DNA of 64,000 bases from contig JBHGNT010000006.1 of NCBI GenBank assembly GCA_043228905.1, positions 1,550,001 to 1,614,000 of the forward strand, read 5' to 3'. The notes beneath the pieces are model-generated. The model searched no databases. It saw only the letters and a list, made by a program, of their open reading frames with translations, and was not told where the DNA came from. Shown here one piece after another: positions 1 to 11,577 of this stretch. The stretch comes from Azolla caroliniana. Lineage: Eukaryota > Plantae > Polypodiophyta. Position 1 is the first letter of the stretch. Every line of letters begins with the position of its first letter. The translations under genes were made by a program, and so were the position numbers.

Positions 1-230
1 AGGATAAGTCCTAGGACCTAGATCACTTGGGAGAAGAATTGAACACTCCTTCAACCTTGCGCAAATACAAGAACCAATAAATTTGGGAACTGGTTAAGGC
101 TTATGTCAAGATTCCTCAAGCACATCAGTACAATAATGATGAACATGTGTCATCGCCCTTTGGGATGGGATCTTACTTTTTTAAATTGATTTAACAATTC
201 TCTAACAACATAGAAGATGTACACCATTTA

Positions 231-703
231 TAACAATCGACAACGGTTCGGTTCGGTTTGAGAGGGCCAAAACCGAACCGTTTAAAGTTTTTGAAACCTG
301 AATTGAATCGAACCGAACCATGAAATCGTTAATAAAATTTCAAACCGTTAAACCGAACCGTTAATAATTTTTCAAATCGTTAAAACTGCGATTTTGTGGT
401 TCGGTTTCAGTTTTTAACTTAGGTCAAATTTTAAAATATTTCATTATTTTTTAAAATTTAAAGATGTTCCTAAAAATGTGAGAATATGGTCTAAAAATGC
501 AAAGATTGCTTAAAAACAAGTTTTAAATTTTTTAAAAATTTAAAAAATAAAATAAAATAATGTCTAAATCGTAGTTTCTAACTGTTGAAATCGAACCAAA
601 CCGTTAAAAAAAACCTGAACCTGAACCAAACCAAACTATTAAAACCATTAAGCCATGATTTTGCGGTTCGGTTAGGTTCAAACTGAACCATTGCCTATTG
701 TTA
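231..703. mobile_element. hAT-type MITE (non-autonomous DNA transposon) rich in AACCG/CGGTT motifs
   Basis: Imperfect TIRs: TAACAATCGACAACGGTTCGGTT at the left end, and the right end reverse-complements to TAACAATAGGCAATGGTTCAGTT. Exact 8-bp TSD ACCATTTA at 223-230 and 704-711. AT-rich core with many subterminal AACCG motifs. Confidence 0.9.
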
Positions 704-939
704 ACCATTTAACCTCATAGGCCACAATAACCTCCGTAGAGACATTAATAAACTTCTTCCTCTTTACTATCTTGAATAAACAATAACATATGCTTTGTCT
801 CATGATTATATTCATATAGTTTATAAAAAAGTGATTCCCAAAAAGAAAATACGGATCTCAATTATTTGTTACAGAAAATATATTACCAATTATGTCTCTT
901 TGATTTTTGACTCAATGTTTCATAATGTAGAGAACTTGG

Positions 940-1165
940 GCTTCTACAGTCAACATCCCCAAACGGGGTAAACATGACTTAAATGTTGGAGTGTTGTACT
1001 TCCAAAGGTCATTATTGAGACTTGAGGGGTTTCCTTCTTCATAGTGGACTAACCAAGAGATTAAGGGCATCACTCCCCATTAACAAAGACCATATCACAC
1101 TTCAACACATAAAAGTGCATGCTTCACCACTCCTTGCAGAAATGGAAACCTTGATGGGTTCTTAA
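940..1165. repeat. Degenerate dispersed repeat, homologous to ~20945-21150
   Basis: Shared blocks in the same order, e.g. TTGGAGTGTTG(T/A)ACTTCCAA, TATTGAG, AAAGACCAT..CA.ACTTCAAC.CATAAAA, GATGGG.TCTT. Boundaries approximate. Confidence 0.65.
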
Positions 1166-1722
1166 GTTAAACCAACGTTAATACACCTAATCACTACAAA
1201 ATAAGAAATAAAATTGCTTAATTAATAGATAATAACTACATGAGAAACACATGAGTTGTCTAGATCAAATAGATTATTGTTAATTAATTGTTGTAGAAAA
1301 TCTATATGGGGTAAAGTGGATCTTAGAAGAGGCATATTGAAGAGAACAATAACCAAAAAGTAGTCCATATGTAGGGGCACCGAAAGACCCTTTATGTGAG
1401 AGCTCTTACCTTTTATCCAAGTTAGAAACTTTATAGCATCCTCCTCACATTACAAGCCCATTGAGCATTGGCCATTGCCACCTAATAGTCTCTTATTTTT
1501 GACAAATTACAATATGAGCTTGTTTCTTCTACATATTTCACTTATGAACAACAATTGAATTTCGAAATATTGTGGTGTGCATGTGTTCCTTTGTGCCATC
1601 CTTTTAGCACACCCTTTTTAGCTAAGACAACCCAAATGGGTACCTTTGTATGAACTATAAATTGAGTAAGAAGTAAGAAGCTAACTAGACTGGTTTTGAT
1701 CTCTTATCTGCATTTCACATAT

Positions 1723-1740
1723 TGGTGGAGGTGCGGGGTA
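1723..1740 (+). promoter_or_regulatory. Primer-binding site complementary to the 3' end of tRNA-Ala
   Basis: TGGTGGAGGTGCGGGGTA lies 3 nt after the LTR CA. It pairs with the recalled plant tRNA-Ala 3' end ...UACCCCGCAUCUCCACCA with one G-U wobble. Confidence 0.8.
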
Positions 1741-1820
1741 CCAGTCCCCCACGTTCAAGCATTCACCTCTTCCCCCTCACCTTAGGTTGCCCACTAACAA
1801 GTTTCCTAGATCCCCCTCCT

Positions 1821-2083
1821 ACACGATAGCCCTCCTGTCCCCCACCTTAGCCAAGTCTAGGTGGCCCTTAGTCCACAAGAGCGATTGATCTCTATCCGCC
1901 TATAGCCCTCCTGTCCCCCACCTCAGCCAAGTCCAGGTGGCCCTTATTCCATAGGAGGAATTGATCTTTCTTTGCCAATTGATCTTTCCCCGAGCCCCCT
2001 CCGACACGATAGCCCTCATGTCCCCCACCTTAGCCAAGTTTAGGCGGCCCTCAATCCACATGAGCGATTGATCTTTATCCGCC
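1821..2083 (+). repeat. Three ~78-bp tandem units in the element leader
   Basis: ATAGCCCTC.TGTCCCCCACCT.AGCCAAGT..AGG.GGCCCT...ATTGATCT repeated at ~1821, ~1901 and ~2004. Confidence 0.85.
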
Positions 2084-2115
2084 GATTGCCAACTCGTTTT
2101 TCATCACTAGCCCCG

Positions 2116-2370
2116 TCCAACTATCAGGGCCGGCAGTTCTGCGGGGATGTCCTCAACGCCGTTGTAGCTCAACTTAGTGTCCAGTAGATGTTTACGTCCC
2201 CATGCCATCCTCAGACAAATGACCTCACCGAACGCCTCAACAAGACCCTCAAGATGGAGATTGCCGCTTACATCGATCCATGCCACAAAACCTGGGATCA
2301 AATCTTGCTTTTTGTCATCCATGCCTACAATACATCCGTACAAGCGTTGACATGGATCAACCCTTTTTGA
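2116..2370 (+). pseudogene. Ty3/Gypsy-type integrase core remnant
   Basis: Reads SNYQGRQF...LSVQ*MFTSPCHPQTNDLTERLNKTL...TWDQILLFVIHAYNTSV...PF. This matches the rve core SD.G.QF...YHPQTNG..ER.N.TL...W...AYN, with the second catalytic D lost and an in-frame stop. Confidence 0.8.
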
Positions 2371-2701
2371 GCACTCCATTGGTGTAACCCTCACCTCCCA
2401 CCAGAATTGTCCATTCGAAAACTGCCAACATGGATAATGCCACTTGGGAGCTCTATCTCCAACAGATGTTCCCACTCGTTCGACAAGCCACTACTTATGT
2501 TAATGTTCCTGTTCTTGCTCCTTGGTGTCTTGTTTCTCTCAAGGGGGGGAAAATATGTGAAATGCCAATAAGAGATCAAAACCAATCTAGTTAGCTTCTT
2601 ACTTCTTACTCAATTTATACTTCATACAAAGGTACCCATTTGGATTGGCTTAGCTAAAAAGGGTGTGCCAAAAGGGTCAGCTTAGGTACATGCATCCTAA
2701 A

Positions 2702-3138
2702 TGTTACCGACCGGCAAAGGAGTCCAGAGTGTGAAACGAAGGAGTTATTTAATTATTAGGAATGGTTGTATGTAAGCTATTAGTAGTGTGGACGGACGGA
2801 CCGGAATCGGTATGCCGTTCCGGATCCGGACCGATCCCGAATAGGTGTGGATGGCACCGTTTTGTACTACAGACCGGAAACCTATTTAAAGGCCCGGATA
2901 CAATGTAATGAAGAGTGGTTAATTAATAAAGCTTAGTGTTGTTATCTCTCTGTGTTAATTGCCGTTCTGCATTCATTGTTATATCTTACGCATGTGAATA
3001 TTAAGGACGATCTTGCTAAGTAACCTAATTAAGTCGAATTAATCGTTGAGTCTAATCCTGTTGCCGTAACACCCCTTTGGTGAAGTGTCTTCCGTAGACA
3101 CCCTGTGTTAGGCCATTGTCCGGCCCTAAGAGTTAACA
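2702..3138 (+). mobile_element. Solo LTR (437 bp) of an unrelated family inserted in the inverted LTR
   Basis: TGTTA...TAACA termini; 5-bp TSD CTAAA at 2697-2701 and 3139-3143; internal TATTTAA and AATAAA. Confidence 0.9.
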
Positions 3139-4259
3139 CTAAAAAGGGTGTGCTAAAAGGGTGGCACAAAGGAACATATGCACACCACAATATCACTCCT
3201 CAAAGGAATATTAAAACCAAAAAATATGACATTATCACCCTTAAAGTTCTTATGTCTTGTAAATGACCAATCAACCTCAATTGAAGAATCAAGAAAATGA
3301 GTGATTGACATAAACAATCCTTGAAACTTTGACCAAATAGGTTTATTACTGAAAAGCAATAATATAAAATGATGAGTACTTGAACACTGCAAAGTAAGCA
3401 ATTGCGTATTGCTAATCCCAAAGGAAAACCCCAATGAAATTCTTCCAAATCAAGATTATGATTAAAAGTGGGAATTTAGAACGCTAACTAGGTTTCAATG
3501 TACACACACACATTATTTTTTCCCGATATGTTTTCCCATAAAAATATCCTCCATTGGTATTAACAAAAAGTGGCCAAAGGCAATATACAAAATAGTCCAC
3601 TATTACAAAGAAAATTGCAACATAATTAACTAGAAAACTATTGAACACTCGTGTACCTTCAACAGTCTCAACAACACTAGGTTAAAAAAAACCCCTCTTT
3701 TTACAAGCTAAATATGGATTTTTGACCTTTATCACCAAAGTCTCTGCCACATATATTGCTCAACATTCCTTCTATTTTGATGCAATTTGATAGCATCATT
3801 TGTCATTCTACATCTCACATAATGCCTGCTAAAGGACAATGAATTACTGCTCATTTTGATTATCCTGCTTCTCCAAAGCATGCCTTAGCGCTGCTTCCAA
3901 GGTTCACAAAAACAGATTAAATCTCTCTAACATCCATACAAAATCAACCACCTATAGAACTCCTTGCAATGTGAACAAAAATTTGCTGATGAATTCCAAA
4001 GGTTGGTGTCAAAAAATGTATGCCGATGACAACAACATGTAGAGCCTTTCACTCCCTAGAAATGCTTCATCCTCCATTAACATCATCCATCTCTACCACA
4101 AATTTTGACTATATATATATATATTCGCTTTCCATCTGTAAGGACGGCTTCGCCAAGCAAAGTTGTCCTTATAACATCAGCCATGTCAACGACGGATATT
4201 GATACCCAAATGATGTACCTATGACAACAAAATGACATAGTAACCTCATCACCTGAAGA

Positions 4260-5060
4260 AAATATGCTTCGACCCCCACACCATCTTCAGTCATCCTTAT
4301 CACAAAAAATTTTTCATTCAGTCCACATAAACCATCTCACCGATTAGTGCCAAGTTCCTGTACAAACAACAAAATGAATCTAGACCATCATTACTCATCC
4401 TCTCGTCATGTTACTATGCTTCAATCCCCACCGCCACACCATCATCACTCATAGTAATGAGAAACCTAAAATCTTCTTCATTTAGTCCACATCAACATCT
4501 CGATCTCGTAGACCATCTTGCCATCTCGCCGATGCCCACCAATATCCTGTATTGATAGCAAAAAATGAGTCTAAAAGTTTCCTCACCTATTCATGATAGT
4601 CGGCTTCGACCCCCCCACCATCTTCACTCATCCTTATCATAGAAAAAAAATTCTTCCTTCAATCCACATCAACCATCTCGCCGATTACCACCAAATTCCT
4701 GTACAAATAACAACAAAATGAATGTAGAATGTTTCCTCCTCCCCTCATGATCTGCTTTGGCCTCCACACCATCATCACTCATCCTCTCATCATGGCAATA
4801 TGCTTCAATCTCTACCGTCAACATCACTCATCCTAAAGAACAACATAAAATCTTCTTCATTCAATCCACATTAACATCTGGCTGACCATTTTGCCATCTC
4901 GCCAATTATCATTAACATCTTGTACAGACAACAAAAAATGAGTCTAAAATGTTCCTCACCTTCTCAAGATATCAGCTTTAGCCCCTACAACATCATCACT
5001 CATCCTTACAAAAAAATAGAAAATGTACTTCCTCCAATCCACATCAATCATCTCGCTATC
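4260..5060. repeat. Degenerate tandem array, unit ~150-190 bp, about 5-6 copies
   Basis: Recurring GCTTC(G/A)...CACACCATC(T/A)TCACTCATCC, TTCA.TCCACAT, CCATCTCGCC and CCTGTACA.A.AACAAAATGA.T blocks. Confidence 0.75.
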
Positions 5061-6420
5061 GTATTTTTTCCCAATATATTATGTGACAGTTTGGTAACTT
5101 CATTCTCACACACGTTGTTTTCATAAATTTATTATATGCGGATGGTTGGAAATGCTTTGCATGAGTAATTCTTCCACATAGCTCATGCAAGCTTATTAAT
5201 AAACTCTCACCATAATATTCTTATGTTCCTTCGTCTTAATTACACATAAATCATTCATTTTAGAGAGAAATAGTAAATTATTGTGCACTTATACATCCAT
5301 TCAATTTCAATAAGGAGCATAATAATCTTAACACTAAAACACAAGAAGCCAAGGCTTACACATTGATATCAATATTGCTTGAATATTGCTCACAATATTG
5401 TTTTTCTTGAGAGATATGGAAGGGAAACTCTCACTTTGGGAGCTGGATTTTAATTATTCCTTACATGTTGGGAGTAATGGTGATGATTCACATGCACATG
5501 ATGCTTGGTATAAGAAGTATATTTTGTTTTGGAAATAAAAATAAAATAAAATTGTAAGCTTCTAGGCAGACAAGCTCAAGTTGTAGCCTTCGGGTGTTTT
5601 TCGTTAATACTATGTACTCAAGAAAATCTTTGAAGAAAAAAATAAATTTGCTTGAATATGTCCATTTAATAAGAACATTGCATTTACTAACTAATGTGAA
5701 GTAGTGTTTTTTTGGGGAAAAAAAGAACGTTGCCTCTTAACTCCTATAAAAGGTTTTGTAGGATGGGAAATTCAATAAATAATTGGAACAACTTCATGAA
5801 GATTTTTCGTTGGTTTTAAAGAGTCATTCAAAACTTAGATCTTTCCAAAATATTACTGTTGTATCCAAATGTTTGGACATCAATGCATGGTGAGACGGAA
5901 CTATCAAAACCAATCCTCCACACAAACAAGGCATCAAATTTGGTCACCAAATTGAGTTTGCAGAGAAGTAAATTTGGGCAACTTAATAAGAAAACCCATA
6001 ACATCTAAGCAGTTGACATTTCGGCTCTTTGGGACATCTTTTCCACGAAGCAATCTCAAGATACATTAAAGTATACTGCCAACAATAACAAAAATTAGAA
6101 CAAATTATATGCAAGGATGTGGTGTGCTAAGTCTTAGATTAGTTGTCAAAATATACAAAAAGTAGCACATAAAAAGCATTGTTTGTGAACATTGAAAAAG
6201 CCACCATGTGTTTTTCCTAATGAATTTGCAATTTATAATCTCTTTTCTTTTTTCGTAAATAATGGCTTTCATTACGAAAGAAAAAACACCACCATGACTA
6301 ACTTACTTCAAAGAATAGAACCCTTCTATCTAGGGATCTAAAGACAACTACGACTCCAAACTCAATGCCACCCTACACATCAATTCAAATGGAGAATATG
6401 ATGATATGCGGCCTTGCAAA

Positions 6421-6423
<3 letters not shown>

Positions 6424-6482
<59 letters not shown>
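6424..6482. repeat. Compound microsatellite (TC)n(CA)n
   Basis: Read directly from the sequence. Confidence 0.95.
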
Positions 6483-6485
<3 letters not shown>

Positions 6486-6676
6486 TACACAACTTTTTTA
6501 TTAAAAGGATCCTTAAATTTAGGCTTAAATAGCTTTTCTAACTAGGTTTCTCAAATGACCTCTTAATGCTAATAAAATTGCTCAAATTTCAGAAAGTAAA
6601 TTTCCCGAATTTCAAGCTGAAAGGTCAAAGATCATTTGAAAATAATCAATGCCCAATTAGTGTGGGAGTTAGGCTT

Positions 6677-7245
6677 GACACTGAACCCAATTAGAACCAC
6701 CCTTGGTCTTGCGTTAAAGTCCTAATCTTACCTTATAAAGTTATAGGAAGAACTTACAATGATCATTTTGATAGCTTCTTGAGGAACACAAATGTAATGC
6801 ATAGGCTTGAATGGAGTGATTATTCTAGGCAAGGCAAGGAGGGGACTTAGGTTCAAGACTAGGGAAGGTATGGGATATAACAATTTTAAGTGGAAGTTAC
6901 ACATGTGTCCATGACAATGAACCCAACTAGGACCACTCCTAGATCTCTCATTAATGTCATAATCTTACTTTATACTAAGAACTTGGAATTAACATATTAA
7001 TGGTTGCTAGAGGAAAACAAATGTAACAAATGATCATTAATGAAGTAGGCAAACTAGACAAGGAAAGGAGGTAACTTAGGTGTAAACCCAACTCAAGATT
7101 AGCCAAAAAATAAGAAGACTCCAGCGAAAGGAAACGTATTCAAAGTGGAACAAGTGTACAAGGAAAGAGAAGGTATTCAAGACAAGAAAATAGTATAAGG
7201 AAATGAAGCGAATTCAAGGCAAGGCAAGAGTACAAGGAAAGAAGA
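6677..7245. repeat. Degenerate ~236-bp tandem duplication followed by ~38-bp purine-rich repeats
   Basis: GACA.TGAACCCAA.TAG.ACCAC...TAATCTTAC at ~6677 and ~6913; ATTCAA...AGTA(C/T)AAGGAAA units three times at ~7130-7245. Confidence 0.6.
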
Positions 7246-7259
7246 TATATTTGCTATCC

Positions 7260-10200
7260 TTTTTTTTCCAAAAATAAATTCCTTCCACTAGTTATAGAAT
7301 TTTATAGATGAGAGTGTTATACAAAACCTTATAGGGACGTGATAGTTCCATCTCATGTGGATGCCCACTGACTCACGAAAGGGAGAGGATGACCATTGTT
7401 GGATAAAGGCTAGTCGTTGTCTTTCAACTCCATCGAAGTTGCCCTTGAGGCCAGCGTATTGGCTCTTTAGAGTGGCTACAACTTCACTCCATATCTCTTG
7501 CATTGACATTACTGGATGCGTGGTTTGGTTGGAGAAGGGTCATAAGGGATGACTTTGCTTCCTTGAACCCCATAAGGATCGCGCCACGTACATTGCAAAG
7601 GGTCCCAATTGACCTTGCCTAGCCATGTGTTTTCATGAGTACATATGTGCCATTCTCATTGTACTTTTATTGGAACAAGATCTACAATCCATTTATGACC
7701 AGTATATGCGAGTACTCGAATTGCCATATTCAATGTTGGTGTCTCATTGTCTCGCAATTCATGGCCTTCGATCCTATCCAGTGTTTCCCTACCTCTTGGG
7801 ATCAAAGAGCCCTCCTCCTCGTAGCCTATCCACTTCTCCATTGTTGTCAGTGGATTAATAACTTCCCTAAGCAATAGAGCATTAATCATTTTAGATCTCA
7901 TAGTCCATCCGTCCCTGCTTCTGTGGAGTATGTTGGCTTGATCTCGTATTGGCAATGACATAAACCATCTCCAACATTCTATACTCTTTTTTGGTCCGTC
8001 TGCAATGTATTCCCATAACAACCCCTTACTTGATCCAATTAGTTGACTAGATTCATCTCTGATACATGGGTTCCATAGGATGTGTTGATTGAGCTAGGCA
8101 TGTTCAGAATTAGGTTGATCGCACTTGAGCCCTCGTCTAATGTCACACCACACCTTCCACATGGATGCACTGAATCTATCCTCTAATTGGCCCCTTTTCG
8201 TGGCCTAAGTAAGTGAAGCGTAATCACAGTAGTATTTTCCACCAGTCATCCCCTCGTTTGAGTCCTTACACCACAAATTTGGTGAGTAGGGCTTTGGATT
8301 GTCAGAGGGGATCAATCAAACCCAATCCTCCTCTCGACTTAGGTGATGTGAGCATAGGCCATGCCACCTTGGCACAGGCTGCATGATCTTCTTTATAGAC
8401 CAAATGTAGTTGCATACTAGTTGCTGAATATGGTATATACTTTCCTTGGAGATTGTCCAACATGATAGGGTGTACCATGCTATTGCGAGCAATATCGGGT
8501 TTGCCACTATGATGTGACTTGCTAGCGAGAGTTTTTTCAAGCCCCAATGTATCAACATTTGTCGAATGGAGTGAATAACTGGTGGAATCATCGACTTTGG
8601 AGGAATGTTGAATCCAATTTAGAAACCCAAATATTTGGTGCTCACTCCCCGATTGATCCACTTGAAAACGGGATATGGGTGCCATGCAAGATGTGCTTCA
8701 TGAGAGAGCCATATTGCACAGGATTTGTGCCAATTGATCATGGCATTCGATCTCTTGCAAAATATAGTTAATCCACTTTCTGGCTAAATTTGTAGATTTT
8801 CCAAGGTCCCTTTCAAGTAGACTGCTGTGTCATCGGCAAATTCTATATCTAGGAGGCTTTGGTGAGGTTGCGTCACAAGAAGACCACATAGGTTTAGATG
8901 CCGGAGCTGAGAAAGCTAGAGAGTGCTTCGACGTATAATAGAAATAAGGATAGAGCTAGTAGGCATCCCTGTCGTATAGATCACGATATTCGGAAGAAGG
9001 GGCCCCTTTCACTTGTTAGTGAAACGCAACTGCTAGCATTCCTATAAAATCCTACAATGCCTTTGATCCATGACTCTTGAAAGCTGAGTTTCCTCATTAC
9101 ACTTTCTAGAAAACTCTAGCATAACCTGTCATATGCTTTCACAAAATCTAGGAGCACCACAACTACCTTGTTGTTGGTATGCTGTGCAAGCGCTACTACT
9201 TCCCAAAATGAGAAAAGGTTGTCTAGGATGCTTCGATTTTTGACGAACCTTGTTTGGGACGGATGAATGACTTGAGGGAGAAATGGTGCTAAGTGGCGTG
9301 CTATGATTTTTGTGAGCGGCTTGTAGATAGTATTGAGAAGAGTTATGGGCCGCCACTTACTAATGTTATTGGCACTCCCATCATTTTTAGGAATGAGATG
9401 TATCATCCCTTGTCCAAATTCCTTCAGCATGTTTCTAGAGGTGATGATCTCGTCATATGCCTGGAGGAGGTCTTCTTTAATAGTGTCCCAAAGGCTCATG
9501 AAGGAGTGAGGGGTGAGGTCATCAATTCCAGGGCAACTATCTGCATCCAAATCGGAGAGTGCCTCCCATATTTTGATGATTGATAGGGGACGTGTGAGCC
9601 ATGTATTCATTTCCTTCATGACTTTCTGGGGTATGCTCTAGAGGATAATATCTTCTCTTGTGTCTTCCCTTGTGGCCATACTATCTTCGGTAATAGTCGG
9701 TAGTGGTTCAGTTTAAACCGAACCAAACTATGAAACCGTTGCTTAATAGTTTAACGGTTAAAACTGTTCAGCTCGGTTTCGGTTTGGTTCCCACAGTTAG
9801 AAACCGCGCTTTAAACGATTTTTTTTAATTATTAAAAATAAAAATTAATTAATTAATTAATTAAAATTTTTTTTAAACATTCTTTTCATTTTCAGGCCTT
9901 ATTCTCACATTTTAGGAAAATCTTTAAATTTTTGAAAAATTTAAAATAATGAAATATTTTAAATTTTCAAAATTTAAAAATTTAAACGTTGAATTTTGAC
10001 CTAACTTGAAAACTGAAACCAAACCACGAAACTGTGGTTTTACTGGTTTCGTGGTTCGGTTCGGTTCAAGTTTCAGAAATTTTAAATGGTTTGGTTTTGA
10101 CCCTCTCAAACTAAACTAAACCGTTGCCGATTGTTAATCTTCGGTACGTAGTCGCTTATAGTAGGTTGTGGCGATATTCCTCATTTCTTCGCCATCCTGA

Positions 10201-10870
10201 GTTGTCGTTCCATTCTCTCAGTTGAGACTGCACATCATTGTTCTAACGTGCCTCGGTCCCTTAGATGGGAAGAACTTCGTGGTGGTCTTATCCACGACTT
10301 GAATCCAACGAGCCATGCTTCCATGAAACTCCATGTCATAGATTGTCTTTTCTGCCATGATGAGTTCTTGTTTGGCCATGGCAACTTGTCCCGCGATCCA
10401 ACTACATGACGGGTAACTTTGTTGGAGTCGTTGTAAGGCTATTAGTCCCCGTTTTGTCCTCTATCGCTTTCCTTAAGCATCCTTACTTCTAGCCTTGATG
10501 ATCTCGTGTAATAGATTTGAATCTCTTGTTAGTTTAATTAGAAGTTTGTCTGATGTTGATAAGTCATTTACGGGTAATGACCATTGGGTGGTGAGCTATT
10601 CCTTCACCTTTGTAACTATGTAAATAGTGTGCGGGATTCGAGGCTGGAATGAGCCACACTTTCAGTGCAATTGAAAATGACTGATTACCGGGTAGTGGTC
10701 GGATAAAGTTGTGCCTAGAGTTATGTGACACCATTCTCCCTTCTCTTCTAAGGCCTTGCCTACATAGAAACGATCGATGCGAGATAGGGTGGGTCCACTA
10801 TTCCACCCATCTGGTCGGGAGAATAAGAGAGAGTCCCTTTTTCGTTGGAAGTTGTCTGAATGCCATATAT
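7260..10870 (-). mobile_element. L1/Tx1-like LINE, 5'-truncated and degenerate (family A copy 1)
   Basis: Poly(A) end at ~7260. RT motifs WRPITLLNTIYK, LLDFVKAYDR, QGCLLA, EFADD and RGGLGLIDP. Endonuclease C-terminus LSRIDRFY and LSDHYPV at ~10690-10790. Many stops and frameshifts; interrupted by a MITE. Confidence 0.9.
9691..10136. mobile_element. hAT-type MITE, same family as 231-703, opposite orientation, inserted in a LINE
   Basis: TIRs TAATAGTCGGTAGTGGTTCAGTT and ...AACCGTTGCCGATTGTTA; exact 8-bp TSD ATCTTCGG at 9683-9690 and 10137-10144. Confidence 0.9.
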
Positions 10871-11293
10871 CTCGCAGGTTATGGTTTGTTGAAAGAAAAT
10901 CCCCTTTGACAACTCATTTTATATAAGTCCATTTATCCAATGACCGATTAGAACATTCTATCATCCCCCATGACTTTCGATAATTTTCCACAACACTCTA
11001 GAACCTTAAACTATCTCCCATGACATTCCATGAAGTTCCTTCTAGAACCTTTACTCTAGTATTTGTTTTCCATTTTATAAAATGTTTCACCTTAGTGTGA
11101 TAATGTTGCTCTAATGAGTAGAAATTCATAGATTTAAACCCTACTAACAATAACCACATTTTAGTGGTTCGTGACAACTCCCCTCCCCTCCTGTTTTCCC
11201 CCTTGAAGAATGCCCTCAAAGGGAATGACATTATCAAGGTAATGAGAGAGGAATTTGTTGCTATGTTCTTGAGCATGGCAAGATTCTATGTGC

Positions 11294-11577
11294 TTCCCAA
11301 GTGTTGGTACTAAGAAAGTATATTTGCCAAGAAACAAGGTATTGAAGTTTTCCACAAAATTAATTGGAGTAGAGGATGACCTTGACTTTAATTTCTTTGT
11401 TTACTTCAATTTCAATTGGAGACAATGGTGGTTCCCAAGTGTTGTTAGTGAGAAAGTAGCCTTGCCAAGAAACAAGGTATTGAAGTTTTCCTCAACATTT
11501 ATTCATTTATTAGAGAAGGATAACCTCGACTTTAAATTCTTTGTTTACTTCAATTTTGATTGGAGACAATGGTGGTG
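11294..11577. repeat. ~137-bp tandem duplication
   Basis: TTCCCAAGTGTT...TTGCCAAGAAACAAGGTATTGAAGTTTTCC...TTGGAGACAATGGTGG occurs twice. Confidence 0.85.

Larger units (their letters stand above)
1571..3189 (+). mobile_element. Non-autonomous miniature Ty3/Gypsy-derived element whose 3' LTR is inverted
   Basis: 5' LTR 1571-1719 (TGTGG...TTCACA, TATAAAT inside), PBS 1723-1740, integrase remnant, PPT AAGGGGGGGAAAA at 2541-2553. Then the reverse complement of the LTR at 2556-2701 plus 3139-3189 (8 mismatches over 149 bp by hand, plus one extra ~43-bp unit). ATAT on both flanks (1567-1570, 3190-3193). Confidence 0.85.
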
